Positions 63,031-64,000 of a stretch of DNA of 64,000 nt are shown one piece after another. The stretch is from Harriotta raleighana. Its lineage: Eukaryota. The notes beneath the pieces are model-generated. The model saw only the letters and a list, made by a program, of their open reading frames with translations, had not been told where the DNA came from and made no database searches. Location of the stretch: positions 8,560,302 through 8,624,301 of the forward strand of contig JBNZDD010013726.1 of NCBI GenBank assembly GCA_050575255.1, given 5' to 3'. The number at the start of each line of letters is the position of its first letter. The first letter of the stretch is position 1. Both the position numbers and the translations under genes were made by a program.

Positions 63031-64000
63031 TGTTGTAAACATTATTACTATACACGTTCAGCTGAGACTTGAAAAAATAACTGACTTTAGGGCATCAGAT
63101 CACTGCGGACTTCATTTCCTGTGTGTTTGATACATACCAGGAGTGTTAAAAATTTCCTTGTCAAATTAACACCGGTTGCTTTTTTGCGTATAATGTGCAT
63201 GTTTATGACCTGGAAGCCAGCTGATCAGTACAAGAAGCCAGGTGTAGCACATTTCTGGTTTGCATAGATCAATAGTAGGCCACCCAATGAGACAGACCAA
63301 TAAATACCAAAGGCGCTATAAACACAGTCGCTCACAGAATAGGGAAAAGTGGAGGCAGTTCAATAGGAATTTGATATCCTGAAGGTGTCTGCAAATTCAC
63401 GAGAGAATTAAATCAACTCAACGCCCTGAAGTCAACTTTGACCTGATGATCAAGTGAATGAAGTGTGTAAGAGATGAATTCTTGCTTTAGTTTTTTTTAA
63501 AATTAAGCGTCAAATGAACCAATCCCTGTACCTTTCAACTCTCTCTATCAATCACTATTAAAAATTGCTACATCACATTGTATTTTTTAATTAAAACTAT
63601 TTGCAGTAATCCTGTCCTCATACTAACATTAGAAATGAATAATTTGGAGTAGCAGTACGTGATTTAGTTACAAGTCGATTTTCCCAGCTTAAAGATTCTT
63701 TACAGTAAAGATTATGTAGCGAATTAGTAGGTTCATCGCAACCAAGTATGGAGGAAGGACAATAGATTTATCAACATATTTGATTGGTTAGCAAATAACA
63801 TTTCAGTTGAAGTGCTTGTGATTCTATTCTCTATGCCTTGTTCTTTCACTGTGCTGAATCACCCATTTCCAAGATGCACTCTTTCTAAATTAGCCTTGGA
63901 CACTGATCACAGTTGTGATGTTGGTTACTCCTGCATGAGAGAACATGCATTGTAGAAGGCAATGCAATGCAACTTTAAAGGACACCAAATAGTTCTTGTG

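Noticed and set aside
1-64000. CRISPR arrays, operons or other prokaryotic systems
   Set aside because: This is a spliced vertebrate gene with vertebrate transposons. There is no repeat-spacer array and no dense coding region.

Overview
This is AT-rich vertebrate genomic DNA. The repeat content (L2/CR1 LINE fragments with (TTG)n tails, a tRNA-headed SINE with a (TTA)n tail, a cartilaginous-fish-type palindromic repeat) suggests a chondrichthyan such as elephant shark; that is inference. The whole window lies inside one minus-strand gene, INPP5A (type I inositol-1,4,5-trisphosphate 5-phosphatase). Five coding exons of 101, 88, 64, 104 and 53 nt (human exons 3-7) have canonical GT-AG sites and splice in frame to AVHTHKPHFIALHCQEVGGKNYEASMTHVDNFVKELLSSDEMKEYNRARVYLDENYKSQEHFTALGNLYFLHESLKNTYQFDFKAKKYKKVTGKEIYSETLESTPMLEKEKFPKDYFPESKWSRKGFIRTRWSVTD. 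The rest is intron carrying decayed LINEs, SINEs, MITEs and hairpins. Nearly all ORF-track entries are spurious or LINE remnants. I see no convincing new biological system. The best leads are a candidate poison/alternative cassette exon in intron 6, inverted repeat pairs bracketing frame-symmetric exon blocks, two long hairpins, an internally deleted L2, and ancient SINE relics that could be exapted. Most single-N sites are flanked by near-duplicated sequence and look like assembly artefacts. Repeat boundaries were placed by eye and are approximate.
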